Part shown: positions 45,774 to 64,000 of the stretch, piece after piece | How the letters are laid out: the number at the start of each line of letters is the position of its first letter | Numbering within the stretch: position 1 is the stretch's first letter | Source of the DNA: the human T2T-CHM13v2.0 reference genome, Homo sapiens | DNA: 64,000 bases | Strand: one strand, 5' to 3' | Assembly (NCBI RefSeq): GCF_009914755.1 | Contig: NC_060926.1 | The notes under the pieces: generated by a model | Told to the model about the DNA's origin: nothing | Databases searched by the model: none | The model's input: the letters and a program-made list of their open reading frames with translations, nothing else | Position numbers and translations under genes: made by a program

Positions 45774-46302
45774 TTTCACATGGCTTAACCATAAGAAAAA
45801 AAGAACTGATAAAAATGAAAGACATTAAACTTCACACTAAAAAATGAATGGCTGCGAAGTATAAACAGCAAACTGTATTTTACAACTAAAACTTAAAAAC
45901 ACTAAACATATCTTAAAAACTAATGTCTTATCTCTCGACTTCAAGCATGTGACATGCCGAGAAGAGCACAACATCAGTTCTGTGGTTGTTCTTGCCAACA
46001 ATGCATAACCTCAACTTAACCGTAAAGAAACATCAGAAAAATCCAAACTGGGGCAATGCTCCACAAAATAACAGTACTCTTTAAAGTGTCAAGGTCATGA
46101 AAGACAGAGTAATGAATGGTCCCCGATTGGAAAAGACTAAGGAACCACGACAATTAAGTGAAATATGGGATCTTGATTTGGATCCTGAAAGAGAAAAACA
46201 GCAACAATGAAACACATGACAAAATCGGAGTAAGAGCTAAGGTTAGTGAACAGTGTAGCATCAACGTTAACTTCCTGGTTTTTGATCGCTATACTATGGT
46301 CA

Positions 46303-47296
<994 letters not shown>

Positions 47297-47461
47297 GGTA
47301 TTTCAAAGTAAATTTTTAAAAATTATGCCTTAAAGTCTTAGTACGCTATGTATCAATACAGAAGTATTTTAAATATGGTAAAAACAACTTAGTCTTAATC
47401 ATGCAACAATTTTTTGGAGATACTAAAAAATACTTATAATTCACAGAATTCTAATGCCAGG

Positions 47462-47765
<304 letters not shown>

Positions 47766-47940
47766 GAATTCTAATGCCAGAAGGGAGCGTAAAGACCATG
47801 GATCTACCACCATGATTCTTGAGGTAAGAATACTAAGATGCGAAAGGTTTAAGGGACTGCCCCAAGGTCTCGTGACACAACCCTCTCTTCCATTTTAGGC
47901 AAGAAGAGTTCTCAAGCACTCAAAAAGATATTTGCTCTAT

Positions 47941-47958
47941 GAGACTCCGTCCCCCCAA
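47941..47958 (+). mobile_element. Ultra-truncated Alu remnant (18 nt)
   Basis: gagactccgtccccccaa between perfect 19-bp repeats aaaaagatatttgctctat (47922-47940, 47959-47977). Confidence 0.75.
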
Positions 47959-47984
47959 AAAAAGATATTTGCTCTATTTGTTTT

Positions 47985-48800
47985 GCACATATTTACTGCA
48001 AGGCACTATTCTAGGTGTTAAGCATACAATGGTAAATAACATAGGTAAGGTCCCTGCCCTCATGGAACGCACATTCTAGAAAGGGGAAAAAGATTTAAAA
48101 TATATGTATCTTACAGGCTGCTATGTATAGGTTGGTACTGTCAGAGTGATGAATGGGGAGGGGGTACCCCTGTAAGTCGTGTGGTCACGGAAGGCCTCTC
48201 TGATATCAGCTGAGCTGGTAACCATGAGAAAGAGCTGATGAAGAATACTGCAGAAGAGGAAGCAACAAGGCCCTGAAGCCAGAATGATTTTGACATAGTC
48301 AAGAAATACCAAGAGCAGGTTGGATCGAAAGCAGAATAAGCCCAGATTGAGAAAATCAGTCAGGGGTCACATTGCATATAACAAAGTTTGTTTTAATGCT
48401 GAGTGCAAGAGAAAGCCATTGTAAGGTTGTAAGCAGGGGAATGACATTATCCAATTTGTAATTTTAAGAGATTACCAAATTTCACAAAAAGTAAAAGCAC
48501 TTTGGAAGAGTGGTTAGGAAGTTAATGTACTAACTGAAGGAAAAGATGGTGGTTTGAATGAGGCTGTAGGGTGTTTGAAGAGGTGGAGATGAGTGGATGA
48601 TGGAGACCCTTGCAAATAGGGCTTCAGCTGGCAGACAAGAGAAGGGGAGGAATCAAGGGTGACTTGAGTAACTGGACGGGGGCAACTTTCACTCAGAACA
48701 ACACACTTGAGGAGAGGGCCTCCAATCCAGATTTCTCTTCTGACCATGTTACTCTGAGATCCCAAAAGACAGGATGAGTTACAATGGAAGCAAAATTCCA
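47985..48800 (-). mobile_element. L2 fragment
   Basis: aggcactattctaggtg...gtccctgccctcatggaacgcacattctag; gaaagccattg...taagcagggga motifs. Confidence 0.7.
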
Positions 48801-48825
48801 TAGAATAATCTACCTCAGAATTTAA

Positions 48826-49121
48826 GGCCGGGTGTGGTGGCTGATGCCTTTAATCCCAGCACTTCAGGAGGCTGAGGCGGAAGGATCGCTTGAGCCCAGG
48901 AGTTCGAGACCAGCCTGAGCAACTTGGCAAGACCTGGTATCTACAAAAAATAAAACACTTAGCTGGGCATGGTGGCGCATGCCTGTAGTCCTAGCTACTT
49001 GGGAGGCTGGGGTGGGAGGATCACTTGAGCCTGGGAGGTAGAGGCTGCAGTGAGCTGTGATCACACCACTGTACTCCAGCCTGGGCGACAGAGCAAGACC
49101 CTGTCTCAAAAAAAAAAAAAA
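48826..49121 (+). mobile_element. AluJ-like
   Basis: Full dimer with gagcccaggagttcgag. Confidence 0.9.
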
Positions 49122-49330
49122 TTACCAGCGTAACAACTAGGATGAGGAGCATTCCTAGAAAATGCTAACTCATGGAGTACAAAGACTTCACTATGATGAA
49201 AGCAAAGCCCATGGTGATCCACAGTGTGCAAACAAGAATGGCATAAAGTCACAATGCAAATTCTCTATCCCTACCATACTCTCGAGGGTTTTTGGTTTCC
49301 GTTTTGCTTTGCTAAAGTTTAGATGGCACG

Positions 49331-51943
<2,613 letters not shown>

Positions 51944-52104
51944 GCATGTTTAGAGAATAAACCATTTTATCCCTAATTATACTATTTTAGAGTTAAAATT
52001 TAAATTATTTAGCTTAAACCAGGGTATTCAAAGACTTCAAAAGCACTAAACATGAAACTTGTAATTTCAGCCAAACCTACAAAATTAAGAGTGACCATGC
52101 TTAT

Positions 52105-52496
52105 GGTAATTTGCAAAATTACCACCAAAAAAGGGTAGTTTCCTTGGCCTTCTGAGCCCATGGTGGGGGCTGCCCTTCTTAGTCCCCTTATGGTTGGGGA
52201 CTGTGGGGCAAAGGGGATATAATTATTAATAGCCCATGAGTCATCAGCATGTGTAATCTGTGGGCTGAGCACTGATAACTACAGTGTGAAATCCTTGAGA
52301 TTGTTCTCTTTGGCAGAGCAGCCAGAAACATTCAAGATGGCAACTGCTCTGTCAGCCTGGATCCCTGCATGACTGGTCAACCTTGGTGGACACGTACTAT
52401 GAGCAAAAAAATAAATAAACATTTGTTATCTCAATCACTGAGACTCTGGAGTTGTTAGTTACCACAACATAACCCAGCCTGTCCTATCTGATACAA
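52105..52496 (+). mobile_element. Old MLT1 LTR fragment
   Basis: tcagcctggatccct...aataaacatttgtt...acataacccagcctgtcct...gataca 3' signature. Confidence 0.6.
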
Positions 52497-53129
52497 TGTT
52501 CTTCTACCATTTACAATCCAGAAAATGTAAGTATTCTACTGAGTTAGAGTTAAGAAGAAATATGTCAGCAAAGTGAAGAATATGGTCATATCATCCTTTT
52601 AGGCAGGAGTAAGATGGACCAAGGAAACCAAACAGAAATAGAGCCAACGGGTTGGGCTAGGTACTGGGATCACTAATTTTGTTTTAATTCTGAGTGCAAG
52701 AGTTCCACTGATTAGCCACCTTGTATTTCCAATTCAAGCAGTAATTATGCATATGTAGTACCTCTATTATGTACTAGACAGTCTGAAATACAGTCATGAG
52801 ATAGGTAAGGCCCCTACCTCATGGTATTTATAATTTGACAGAGCTATCAATTGTGATTATTTCATTTTCTTCCACTTTCCCGGGAAGTTTTCAAATTCTA
52901 GTTCGTATTTCCTTTAAAGTAAAAAAAGAATTAGGAAAAATCTTGGCATTCTCAATCTTCAGTAACTCAATCTACCTTTAGTTATAACTAAATTATGTCC
53001 CTTTAAAAATGTTCATTGCTAGCCAAATATTTTTAGCCTATCATGTTTCCTTATGGTTTCACTTTAGTCATTTATTCCTCATTGCTTTCCTTATATCTCA
53101 TGACAGTTTTTTTTCTTCCACTGCCTAGT

Positions 53130-54357
53130 TGCCCTTTCTCTGTCTCTGTCTTCCTTGTGTTCATCTTCCTCTTTCCCTGGAAATTAACTGCTGGAAAACC
53201 TTCAAGTCTCAGTCCTAGGCCCTAGGAGATCTCATCCATTTCTGCGTCTTCAACCACTTATTCTCAAACAATGACTCATAAAATTAAATCTAACTCAGAT
53301 CTCTCCTTTGAGTCCCAGATCTAAATATCCAACTGCCTACTCCAACATCTCCACTGTGATATCTCAAAATCACCTCCAAATTATCATATTCAAATTTAAT
53401 CTATAAACCTCTCTTGCAAACCAATGATGCAAAACAGTGTCTATTGTCCCCTATCTCACTGAATGGCCCACCATGCATCCAGTCACTCAATCCAGAAACC
53501 CTGGGTTCATTCCTGACCACTCCTCTACCTCAGTCCACAAATCCAGAACATGACTATGTCCTCCCTGATACATTCTCATATGTTCCAAACAACTCTAGGT
53601 CCATCTTCTTCTTCCCATCTCTACAACTACCACTGCTACCTCGTCCAAGTTCCAAGTTGACCCTCTCTCCAGTGGATCACTAAAACGGCCTATCTGGTTT
53701 TTCATTATCTATTCCTCTTCCCACATCCTCAACCATTCTTCCCATTGCAGCAAATGTGATCTCTGTAAAATTTAAATCTTATCAAGTCATTCTTAATAAG
53801 TCCTGTTGAAAACCCTTCAATGGCTTCCTACCGCTCTTAGGATAGAAACCAAAATCCCATAAATGGTCTAGGAGGCCCTACATGGTCTGGCCTCAACTTA
53901 CATCTCTAGCCTCATCTTGTTCCACACACTTCCTCACTCTACACGTAAACTACAGTGACCTTCTTTCATTTTCTAGAACATTCCACACTCCCTTCCACCA
54001 CAGGACTTTTGTGGTGCTCTTTCCGTCTTCTGGAATATTCTTTTTTTCCCCATTGTGATGGAGAGAATAATAGTCGCCCAAAGATGTTCATGCCGTAATT
54101 CCTGGAGCCTCTGAATATGTTACCTTACATGGCAAAAGGGACTTTGCAGATGTGATTAAAGTTCTTGAGATGGGGTGATTATTCTGGATTAGCTAGTGGG
54201 CCCAATATAATCACAAGCGTCTTTATGAAAGGAAGGAGGGAGGGTCAGAGTGAAAGAAAGAGATGGAACAACAGAATCAAGAGGGTCATGGTCAGAGAGA
54301 TTTGAAGATACTGTACTTTGATGATGAAGGAAGAGGCCACAAAGTAATGTGGAAAAG

Positions 54358-54393
<36 letters not shown>

Positions 54394-54830
54394 CTCCCCT
54401 AGAGATTCCAGAAGGAACACACCCCTCTTGACAACCTGGTGTTAGGACTTCTGCCTTCCCAAACTGTAAGATGAGAAATCTGTGTTGTGGTTTAAACACA
54501 GTGAGTTTGTGGCAATTTGTTACAACAGCAATAGAACACCAACACACCCATCTTCACCAGTAAATGATAGATTCTACCAGCCTCAGGCCAAACGTAATTT
54601 CTCAGAGTTCCTTAAACTCCCTAATTAGGCCAAAAGTCCCTCTTACACATTCTCAAAGCATCCTTTACATCGGTAATTAAAGTTATAATTATACAGTTGT
54701 TTGTATAATTGACTATGTGACTAATACGTGTTTTCTTTACTGGGCTGAAGCTCCACAAGACTCGGAACCACATCTAATTTTGTGTACCAAAGTATCTGGC
54801 AAGGTGCCTGGCCCATAGCAATTGCTCATG
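53130..54830 (+). mobile_element. L2 fragment interrupted by MLT1
   Basis: atatccaactgcctac...catctccact; aaacccttcaatggcttcc; gtgcctggcccatag. Confidence 0.7.
54054..54546 (+). mobile_element. MLT1D-like solo LTR
   Basis: gaatatgttaccttacatggcaaaagggactttgcagatgtgattaa; perfect TSD cccat; internal poly-A run. Confidence 0.9.
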
Positions 54831-56800
54831 GACTTTCATTGCAGCAAATACTTCAAGAATTATCTGTTATCCTCTACGAAGCAGTTGTGCCGTTTTGGTA
54901 GATAACCCAATGAGAGTCTTTGCTCAGCCCTCTTGCTCTACCCTGAATGGGCCCTTTAACCTGAAAACCTGAAGGTTTCTTCAACTCAAAGAAATTTACT
55001 TCTATAAGCTGGTAATTCCCTCTTTTCACTCTCTTTGTTCACTCCTTCTGAAATGACTACCAGATGAACATTAAAACTTTTGTCTACTTCCATTCTTTAT
55101 GCGTTTATGCTGCATTCTGGAAGAAATACACAGCTCGGTCTTTCTGATCACTAATTTGATCTTTAGCTATGTCTAGCTAAAATTCCATATCAGTCCCTCG
55201 ATGTAGGATTTTTAAATATAATCATTGAAATCATAAGCACAAAAATTTCTAACGGATCCTTTGATAATGGTCAGTTATTGTGTTATGGGCAAGTTCTCCT
55301 CCCTCATTTCTAAAAATATGTTGATGCTTTATTTTTAAATCATATTCAGTTTGTTCTGCAAACTCAATTTTCTTTAGTATTAAGTCATTCGTGGTACTAA
55401 TTTTCCTAAATTATTCAGCAACCCCTTGTTGCTGAAGTCGCCCTTGCACCTGCTTGTAGTCGCTGGGTTTGTTTGCCGCAGCCTGCCTTGGAGAATGTGG
55501 TGGAAGGATACAGATGTGGTGCTGGGTGGTGCGCCGACAGTTTTCTGTTCTGGGCATTGAGAATCCCAGCCGCTCCCCTGGGGTCAGCAGCCACCGGCAG
55601 CACTGTCCTTCCTCTTCAGCCTTACAATGGCTTAGCTATTCTAAGTGCTGTTCCCTAATTAATCAGCCTGACCACTGGAAAACAGAATTTTTAGCAAGAA
55701 GCTGTTTTTCTTTATCTAAGAAACAGAAGTTCTGAATATGAAGCCCTAGATAAGTTCTGGGGTTCCATAAAACCCCAGAAATTACAAATAAAATTATATT
55801 TTCTATGGGCATTTTCCAAAGTAGAGATTGACAGCTTTCCTAGAATATCCAAAAGGTCCTGTAACTAAAAATATTAAGAGCTTTTCCTAATGATTTAGGG
55901 AGGAAAATGTTTAACGTAAATATGGGTTATTTTTTCTACCAAGCTGTTTTTTCTACCTTTCAAAAATAGTAGCAGCTTTATAAGAATGTTAACTATTGGA
56001 AAGCTGGTTGACCAAGATTTTATTATATTTATAATGGATAAAGTCATGTAAACAAATGGGATGGAATACATAGCTTCAAAAGAAAGAGAATGTCACATTT
56101 ACAAAATAAAAACCTATTAGAGACCTTGGACATTTTAAATGACTTTAAAAACACTTCTAATTTCTTTTCATTTGATACTCTTATGAATGAAGAAATAGTG
56201 TAAACAAACAAACCCACAACTACTTAAGACATCTTACCCAAAAAGTGACTATTAAAGGGAGAGATGATATCAGCTTCAAAAATAATTAACAATCAACATT
56301 CTAAAAAAAACAAAAAACAAAGTACCACACACACCTTGTTAGTCTCTGTATACTTGGCACCTGCAGAATGCCTGGCTTCAATAAATATTTTTTGAATCAT
56401 TAGAGAAAGGAAAGATGGAGTTTGTCTCAACATGCTATTTTAAGAGTTTCCACCTCCTTAAGAAGGAAGGTAGTATATTATTTCAACTGATTAATGAAAT
56501 AGAAAGACAGCAGAACTAAGACAAGATGAATGTAAAAGCTTACATTTATAGATCAATGAGAAGATGTGATCCCCCAAATAAGACAGCAAAATACTTAAGA
56601 ATCCCATTGAATCAAAAGTAGACCCAGCTTTTCAAAAACACTAACCCAAAAATGAATCTTGATATCTATGAAGTTATCATTTCATCACTTGTTAAAAACT
56701 TACAGAAGAACAAAATAATATTCTGCCCTCTGCATTTTAAAATCTACAAAGAAAAGATTAACAAAGTCAAAACAGCGGAATCAAATGTATGAGTGGTAAA

Positions 56801-56900
56801 CGGCTCTTGGACTGCTTGCTCAAGCCCACTTCCACTCTGTGGAGTGTACTTTGGTTTCAATAAATCTGTCCTTACGTTGCTTCAAACAAACAAACAAAAA
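56801..56900 (+). mobile_element. Polyadenylated ERV1-LTR 3' fragment with TSD (retrocopy)
   Basis: cactctgtggagtgtacttt..tcaataaatct LTR R-like motif; A-rich tail; 10-bp TSD gagtggtaaa (56791-56800, 56901-56910). Confidence 0.75.
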
Positions 56901-57452
56901 GAGTGGTAAATAGTTTCTATAAGGAAAACTGAAGAAGTTCTGTTGCCTCTGACAAGAAGAGAAAAATAAGCTATATATTATCTTTTGAATAAATTAGGAA
57001 AAAAGAAGCAAATCAAAGTATTTCTACTACTCCATAAAAAGTTACATAAAAGTTACTATCTACTTACACCTCTGTAGGAAAAGTGGGGCAGACATAAGAA
57101 AAACCTTTATGACATGACCAAAAGAGCTGTTAATTTTGAAATAAGATACATGGCAAGTCATCTCTGTACTTCCCAAGTTTCTTAAACAGAAAAATGACAA
57201 AGGTGTCAACATTTGTCTGCCTGGGATGGGGCCTGAACTAGATTTCACATGATCCCTTTCAGCTGTATTACTTTGGTCTATGAAGGAAAATGTCCAATTC
57301 CTTTCAACATGGAGTTTAGAATGATCTGATGTGCACAGATAAAGAAAGAACTTTCATTTTTTGACCTCCCAGACTTCTGATGGTCAACATAATAGTCCAA
57401 AACACATTTAACAGCAGTAGTACAACTGCAGTAAGAAACAAAATAAACATAC

Positions 57453-57593
57453 CTCCTGTTCTTCCGTTGCCAATCTGTACAGCAGGTTGAAGACTTCCTT
57501 CATTTTTCAATAAATGAGGCAAATGATAATAAATACTTGGCACTTGAAGAGATTTTTTGCTTGTTAACTCCTTTAACAGCTTTAGGGTATTAT
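57453..57593 (-). CDS. MGAT4A: MGAT4A exon (probable 4): (D)[46 protein letters not shown]
   Basis: gtttcag acceptor, GAG|gtatgt donor; 141 nt. Confidence 0.96.
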
Positions 57594-57964
57594 CTGAAAC
57601 ACAGAAGTATAATTAATATACAAGAATTACCTTACAGAAGTTGCTGATTTTATAAAACCAGCAGTAAAAATTAATAAGAACTAGAACTAAAGAATTTTCT
57701 TTCCTAGTTTCACACTCTGGTGAATGAGATCTCCATTTAAGATGAAAAGGACACTTTCAAAGCCAAAGTCTCACAGGTCATGATGTTGATAAAACTGGCT
57801 GAAGGAAACCAAAATGGCCAGCTAGAGGACCGTAAGAAGGTGGGATGCTAAGGGCTCACCTCTATAATGTATTAGAACTCAAGTTTGCCAAACAGACTCT
57901 AAATATACTGTTGGCTTATGAAAATGTAATAAATAATAAGTACATTAACCATCAATCACTTCCA

Positions 57965-58272
57965 TTTTCTTTTTTTTTTTTTTTGTGACAGGGTCTTGCT
58001 CTGTAGCCCAGGCTGGTGTCCACTGGCACAATCACGGTTCACTGTCGCCTTGACCTCCCAGGCTCAAGAGATCCTCCCCACCTCAGCCTCCTGAGTACCT
58101 GGGACTGCAGGCACATGCTACCACATCAGCTAATTTAAAAAAAAATTTTTTTTTGTACAGACGGGAGTCTCACTATGTTGCCCAGGCTGGTCTCAAACTC
58201 CTGGCTCAAGCAATCCTCCTGTCTTGGCCTTCCAAAGTGCTGGGATTACAGGCATGAGCTATCATGCTCAAC
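57965..58272 (-). mobile_element. AluJ-like
   Basis: Diverged dimer; aaccat(c/t)..cacttt flanks. Confidence 0.88.
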
Positions 58273-59875
58273 CATTCACTTTCTTTATGCATTACATGTT
58301 ATCAAAATTTCACATGGAAGGAATTTTTTTTCTGAAAACTTCAAGTAAAATAATATAAACAGCACAAGTTGAGAATATCCAGTACAGATCACAACTTTCA
58401 AATAGTTTCATTTTTTTTCTCACTCCATTTTACACATAGGATGTTTCTGTTTTTATTAGAGGAACCAATGAATCATTTAATGATATGAAATAAAAACTTG
58501 GTAGTAGAAATAATATTGTTTTAAAATTTCATTAAATTTGAATTTAACCTTAGAAAAAAGCAAGCTAGCAGTAGGAATTTGTTACCTCAACTTCATTAAA
58601 AATATGAGAAGAACCAAAAATTCACGAAAGAAATGCAAATGACTGTCATATGTAAAATTAAAGTTTAATCTCATGCGTAAAGAAACAATTACAAATTATA
58701 TCAATTTCTACCTATGAAATTAGCAGATTAAATATATTAAATATTGGTGATAACAAGATAAATGTTCCAACTATTCAAAACAGCAGCAAAAACCTTAAAA
58801 CATTTCTGTCCTATTACTCAGTAATTTCCCTTTTAAGAATTTAGCTTCTATGCATTCAACAAATATTTAGTGATTATCTATTTTATTCCAGCAAATGTAT
58901 CATTTGTTCAAAAATGAAGTCATCAAAACACAGATCCTATTTCTAAGAAGATCATAATCTAATGAAAATAACTTAAAGGTTACCAGAAATATGATTGCTT
59001 TATATACAAATATGTTCATCAGAGTTATAAACTAGGGGGGAAAAACAACCCAGAAAAACCCATTTGAATAACTGTAGAAAAAAATGTTTAATATATTGTG
59101 GTATATATAGCTGGCACATTCACAGCCACTAAAAATAATATTTTGAAGATTAATGACAAAGTTTTAAAATGCTCATAGTATAATTTCAAGAGTGAAAATC
59201 AGGCCATCATACACAATAACAATTTTGAAGAAAAACATTCACGGAAAAAATACTAGAAGGAAACAAAAAATGTTAGTAGAAATCACTTGGCATCAGGTTT
59301 ATCGGTGATTTATTTTTTATCTACACTAGTCCATGAGTTTCAACATCAGGGTGACATAATGCAAAGTTTATCAGCAGGAGGAGAAGGAGCACGCAACTTT
59401 ATAAATAAGGTGAGGCAGTGGATCTGGAGATGAGAGGAATTCATGTGTTTTTAAAACAGGTGAAGCTAAATGAAAAAGTATGCTAATCTAGAAAAATTAT
59501 GCAAATTTAGAGGCAATCAATTAGATACATATGTCAATTTAATTATCAGATAAAGAAGAGCACAGAAAGAGAGATCACTTGCCCTCATCTTACTCTGACC
59601 AGGATTTCTCAGAGAAGAAACAGGCCAGATACTCCTAAAGTATCCACTAGGAAGCTATGTATGTTCTGTATTATAAATAAGGTTTAAGAGCACGAATTGC
59701 TTCAAATAGCTCAAAGATTTCTCCAGAGTCCATCTGAAGTCCACACATAAGTCATCACAGAAACACGTATACACGAAAAATTAAATTTTAATCTCATTTT
59801 GAATAATTTAATCTCATTTTCAAAAGATGCACATTCTTCACCAGTGCCAATGAAATTTATTCCACTGCAATTTAA

Positions 59876-60173
<298 letters not shown>

Positions 60174-60371
60174 ATTTAACTTAATATGACTCTCTTAAAA
60201 TCAGATTTAGCAGGTAATAAATTTTTTTTTTTTTTTTTTTTTTTTTGTAATTTACTAGAAAAGAAAGTTTTGTGTGGTGGTTTTTCTCTCTGAAAGGGCT
60301 GGCTTATAAACTATTCTACATGACTTTCAAAAAAAAATTCCACATGCCCCTTTGCAAATCTAATCTTTTTC

Positions 60372-60662
60372 AGCCGGGTGCAGTGGCTCACGCCTGTAAT
60401 CTCAGCACTTTGGGAGGCTGAGGGGGTGGATCACGAGGTCAGGAGATCAAGACCATCCTGGCTAACATCGTGAAACCCCGTCTCTACTAAAAATACAAAA
60501 AAATTAGCCAGGTGTGGTGGCGGGCGCCTGTAGTCCCAGCTATTCAGGAGGCTGAGGCAGAAGAATGGTGTGAACCCTGGAGGTGGAGCTGGCAGTGAGC
60601 CAAGATTGCGCCACTGCATTCCAGCCTGGGCTACAGAGTGAGACTCTGTCTCAAAGAAAAAA

Positions 60663-60701
<39 letters not shown>
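60372..60701 (+). mobile_element. AluY/Sc-like with A(n)(TA)n tail
   Basis: Full dimer; aatcttttt flanks; ends ~37 bp from the exon donor at 60737. Confidence 0.92.
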
Positions 60702-60703
<2 letters not shown>

Positions 60704-60737
60704 AATCTTTTTATAATATAAAAAATACTGTTTGTAC

Positions 60738-60905
60738 CTGAAAACTTATTCAACGCATCCTTACTTCCATTTGTTTCTGCTCCTACACGCTTGAACTGTT
60801 GCACAATCGTATTTAATTCAGAAGAGCGCTGTGAGATTCTGTGTTCAGCTATTCGAAGACGTTCTTTCAAAGCAAGGAATTCTCGTTGATAAGCAATCAG
60901 TTTTT
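60738..60905 (-). CDS. MGAT4A: MGAT4A exon (probable 3): (E)[55 protein letters not shown]
   Basis: cttctag acceptor, CAG|gtacaa donor; 168 nt; coiled-coil stem region. Confidence 0.96.
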
Positions 60906-61464
60906 CTAGAAGCAAAACCAAAACAGTTATAGTATATGTCTTAAAACAAATAAACAATATAATCTCAATGGAACTGTAAAATTACAAAGTTTAAAGTTGA
61001 GTTTTTCAGAAGAAAATATTCATTGATACAGAACTGAAAAAAAAAGGGTTCTGACTTGTTATATAACAAAGTTTATATGCTCTTATTATTTGTAAGAATG
61101 CTGTTAATGCCTATTATTATTATGCTCTTATTATTGGTAAAAATGTGAGCAGTCTCCAGCACTTCATATAATTAAAGATGGATAAAATGATAAAAGGTTT
61201 TAGAATAAACACTTTAAAGCATCATACTAAACAGCATCTGTCAAAGGGTACAAACAACTATAAAGACCATATTCACATCAACCAGATAGAGAGATGAGGC
61301 AAAAACTGATGGTAATTTATATAATAATATAATGAATATAACATATTTTATAGCATAATCATTAATTTCCATAGACCAAACTTTTCCTCTGAACTTCCTA
61401 GTCCTCAAAGATTTCCCTAGGCTAGACTTTGGTCAAAGCCCTGATCTCTAAAAACCCAGTGAGT

Positions 61465-62067
<603 letters not shown>

Positions 62068-62453
62068 CAGTAGAATAAAAATCCACTGAGCTAGATGTAC
62101 AATGACCCTTGTTAAAAGTCATTCATTTGAATAATTTGAGAGAATCACGCGTCAAAAAAACCTGGTCTAGGAAATAAAAGTGGGCTTTGATGAGGATAAA
62201 CGTAGGCATTGAAACAATGAGTAGAAATGAATCAGCACAAAGTGTACAGTAGAAGAGGCTCAAGCACAGAACTGGACAGCAACACCTGAGAGATGGTGGA
62301 AGAAGCCATTCATTTACTTGCCTGGAGGTACTGAATAGTAGTGGAGGCTGCGGGAATGTTATGCACAATGTCCACAACCTCATTAAATTAAGATAAACCG
62401 CAAGCGTGCTTCCAACTTCTATAGCAAGCTAAAGCTACTATTTTGACACCTAA

Positions 62454-62798
<345 letters not shown>

Positions 62799-63371
62799 TA
62801 ACATTATAATTTCTGTTTTAATCATGGATAGAAGCAGTAAAAACAGACTTATGAAAAATGAATCTGCAGTCTTAATAACACTCAATTATTCTGTTCCTTG
62901 TCCCTTACATAAAGATCCTTACAGTAAACACCTCTTAAGATTCCATAGCAGAAAAAAATATCTCTCTGTCTTAACTGCCATGCTTCACTACATGGAATAA
63001 CAAAAGCATGTATGTCACCGTATTTGCGTTAATTTGCTCAGAAGGAAAGGAGAAGAGGTAGGACAGAGAAGGCTGTGATAGGGAAAGGGCATACCGGCAG
63101 CTCCAGGGTGCCGGCTAGGTTCTATTTCTCGATCTGGGTGTCACTCATGGTTTAAGCATTTTCTGCATGTGTAAATTCACAATATAAGAAATGTGAAAGA
63201 GATACTATTCCTAAACACAAAACTATAAACAATTCTATTAAACAATTATAAGAAGAGACACATAAGTTTTATGTGAAGAAAAGCACAAGCTTTTTACTGA
63301 AGTCTATAATAGAATCAATAAAATTATCTCTTATTCCTAAATAAGAAGACTCAGTCTTACAAAAAGATTAA

Positions 63372-63717
<346 letters not shown>

Positions 63718-64000
63718 AATTCAGTATCTTTCAAAGTAACAAATTTTTTGAACTTGATGTATAATTCTAATATTTATCTAGAAGAATTAATGTTTTTAAA
63801 GGGCCAAGAAAAATCTAGAAGATAATATGGGGGAACTTGCTCTGAGATCAGAATATGTTATATGGTTTCAGAACCATATATGTTATATATATGAAACCAT
63901 GTGTTATATGGTTTCAGTCCAGAGAGTGTGGACAAGGGCAGATCAGCATAAACACAGTGTCCAAACACAGCATGTGTCCAAAACAGATCTTTTGAGTTCT

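Overview
Primate (human-like) genomic DNA, AT-rich and dense in Alu, L1 and LTR elements. The + strand begins with the last coding exon and 3'UTR of UNC50 (490-626). The - strand carries 14 GT-AG coding exons of MGAT4A (GnT-IVa), from 60905 down to the TGA at 7958. They splice into one open frame of 1514 nt; the ATG/transmembrane exon lies beyond the window. A ~6.4 kb 3'UTR follows and ends ~0.65 kb from the UNC50 3' end (convergent pair). The sequence also supports an alternative MGAT4A start exon (MNYSIT, no TM), an alternative last exon exonised from an MLT1 LTR, and a candidate 29-nt poison exon. Mobile elements include a near full-length Cheshire-like hAT transposon, a full THE1 provirus, a long 3'-truncated L1, solo LTRs and ~30 Alus. 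Small insertion oddities include a polyadenylated LTR fragment with TSD, an 18-nt Alu remnant with a 19-bp TSD, an apparent trimeric Alu and template-switch scars. I see no convincing wholly new biological system; the best leads are regulatory, splicing and retrotransposition curiosities. Gene names, exon numbers and repeat subfamilies come from recall, not database searches, and repeat boundaries are approximate.
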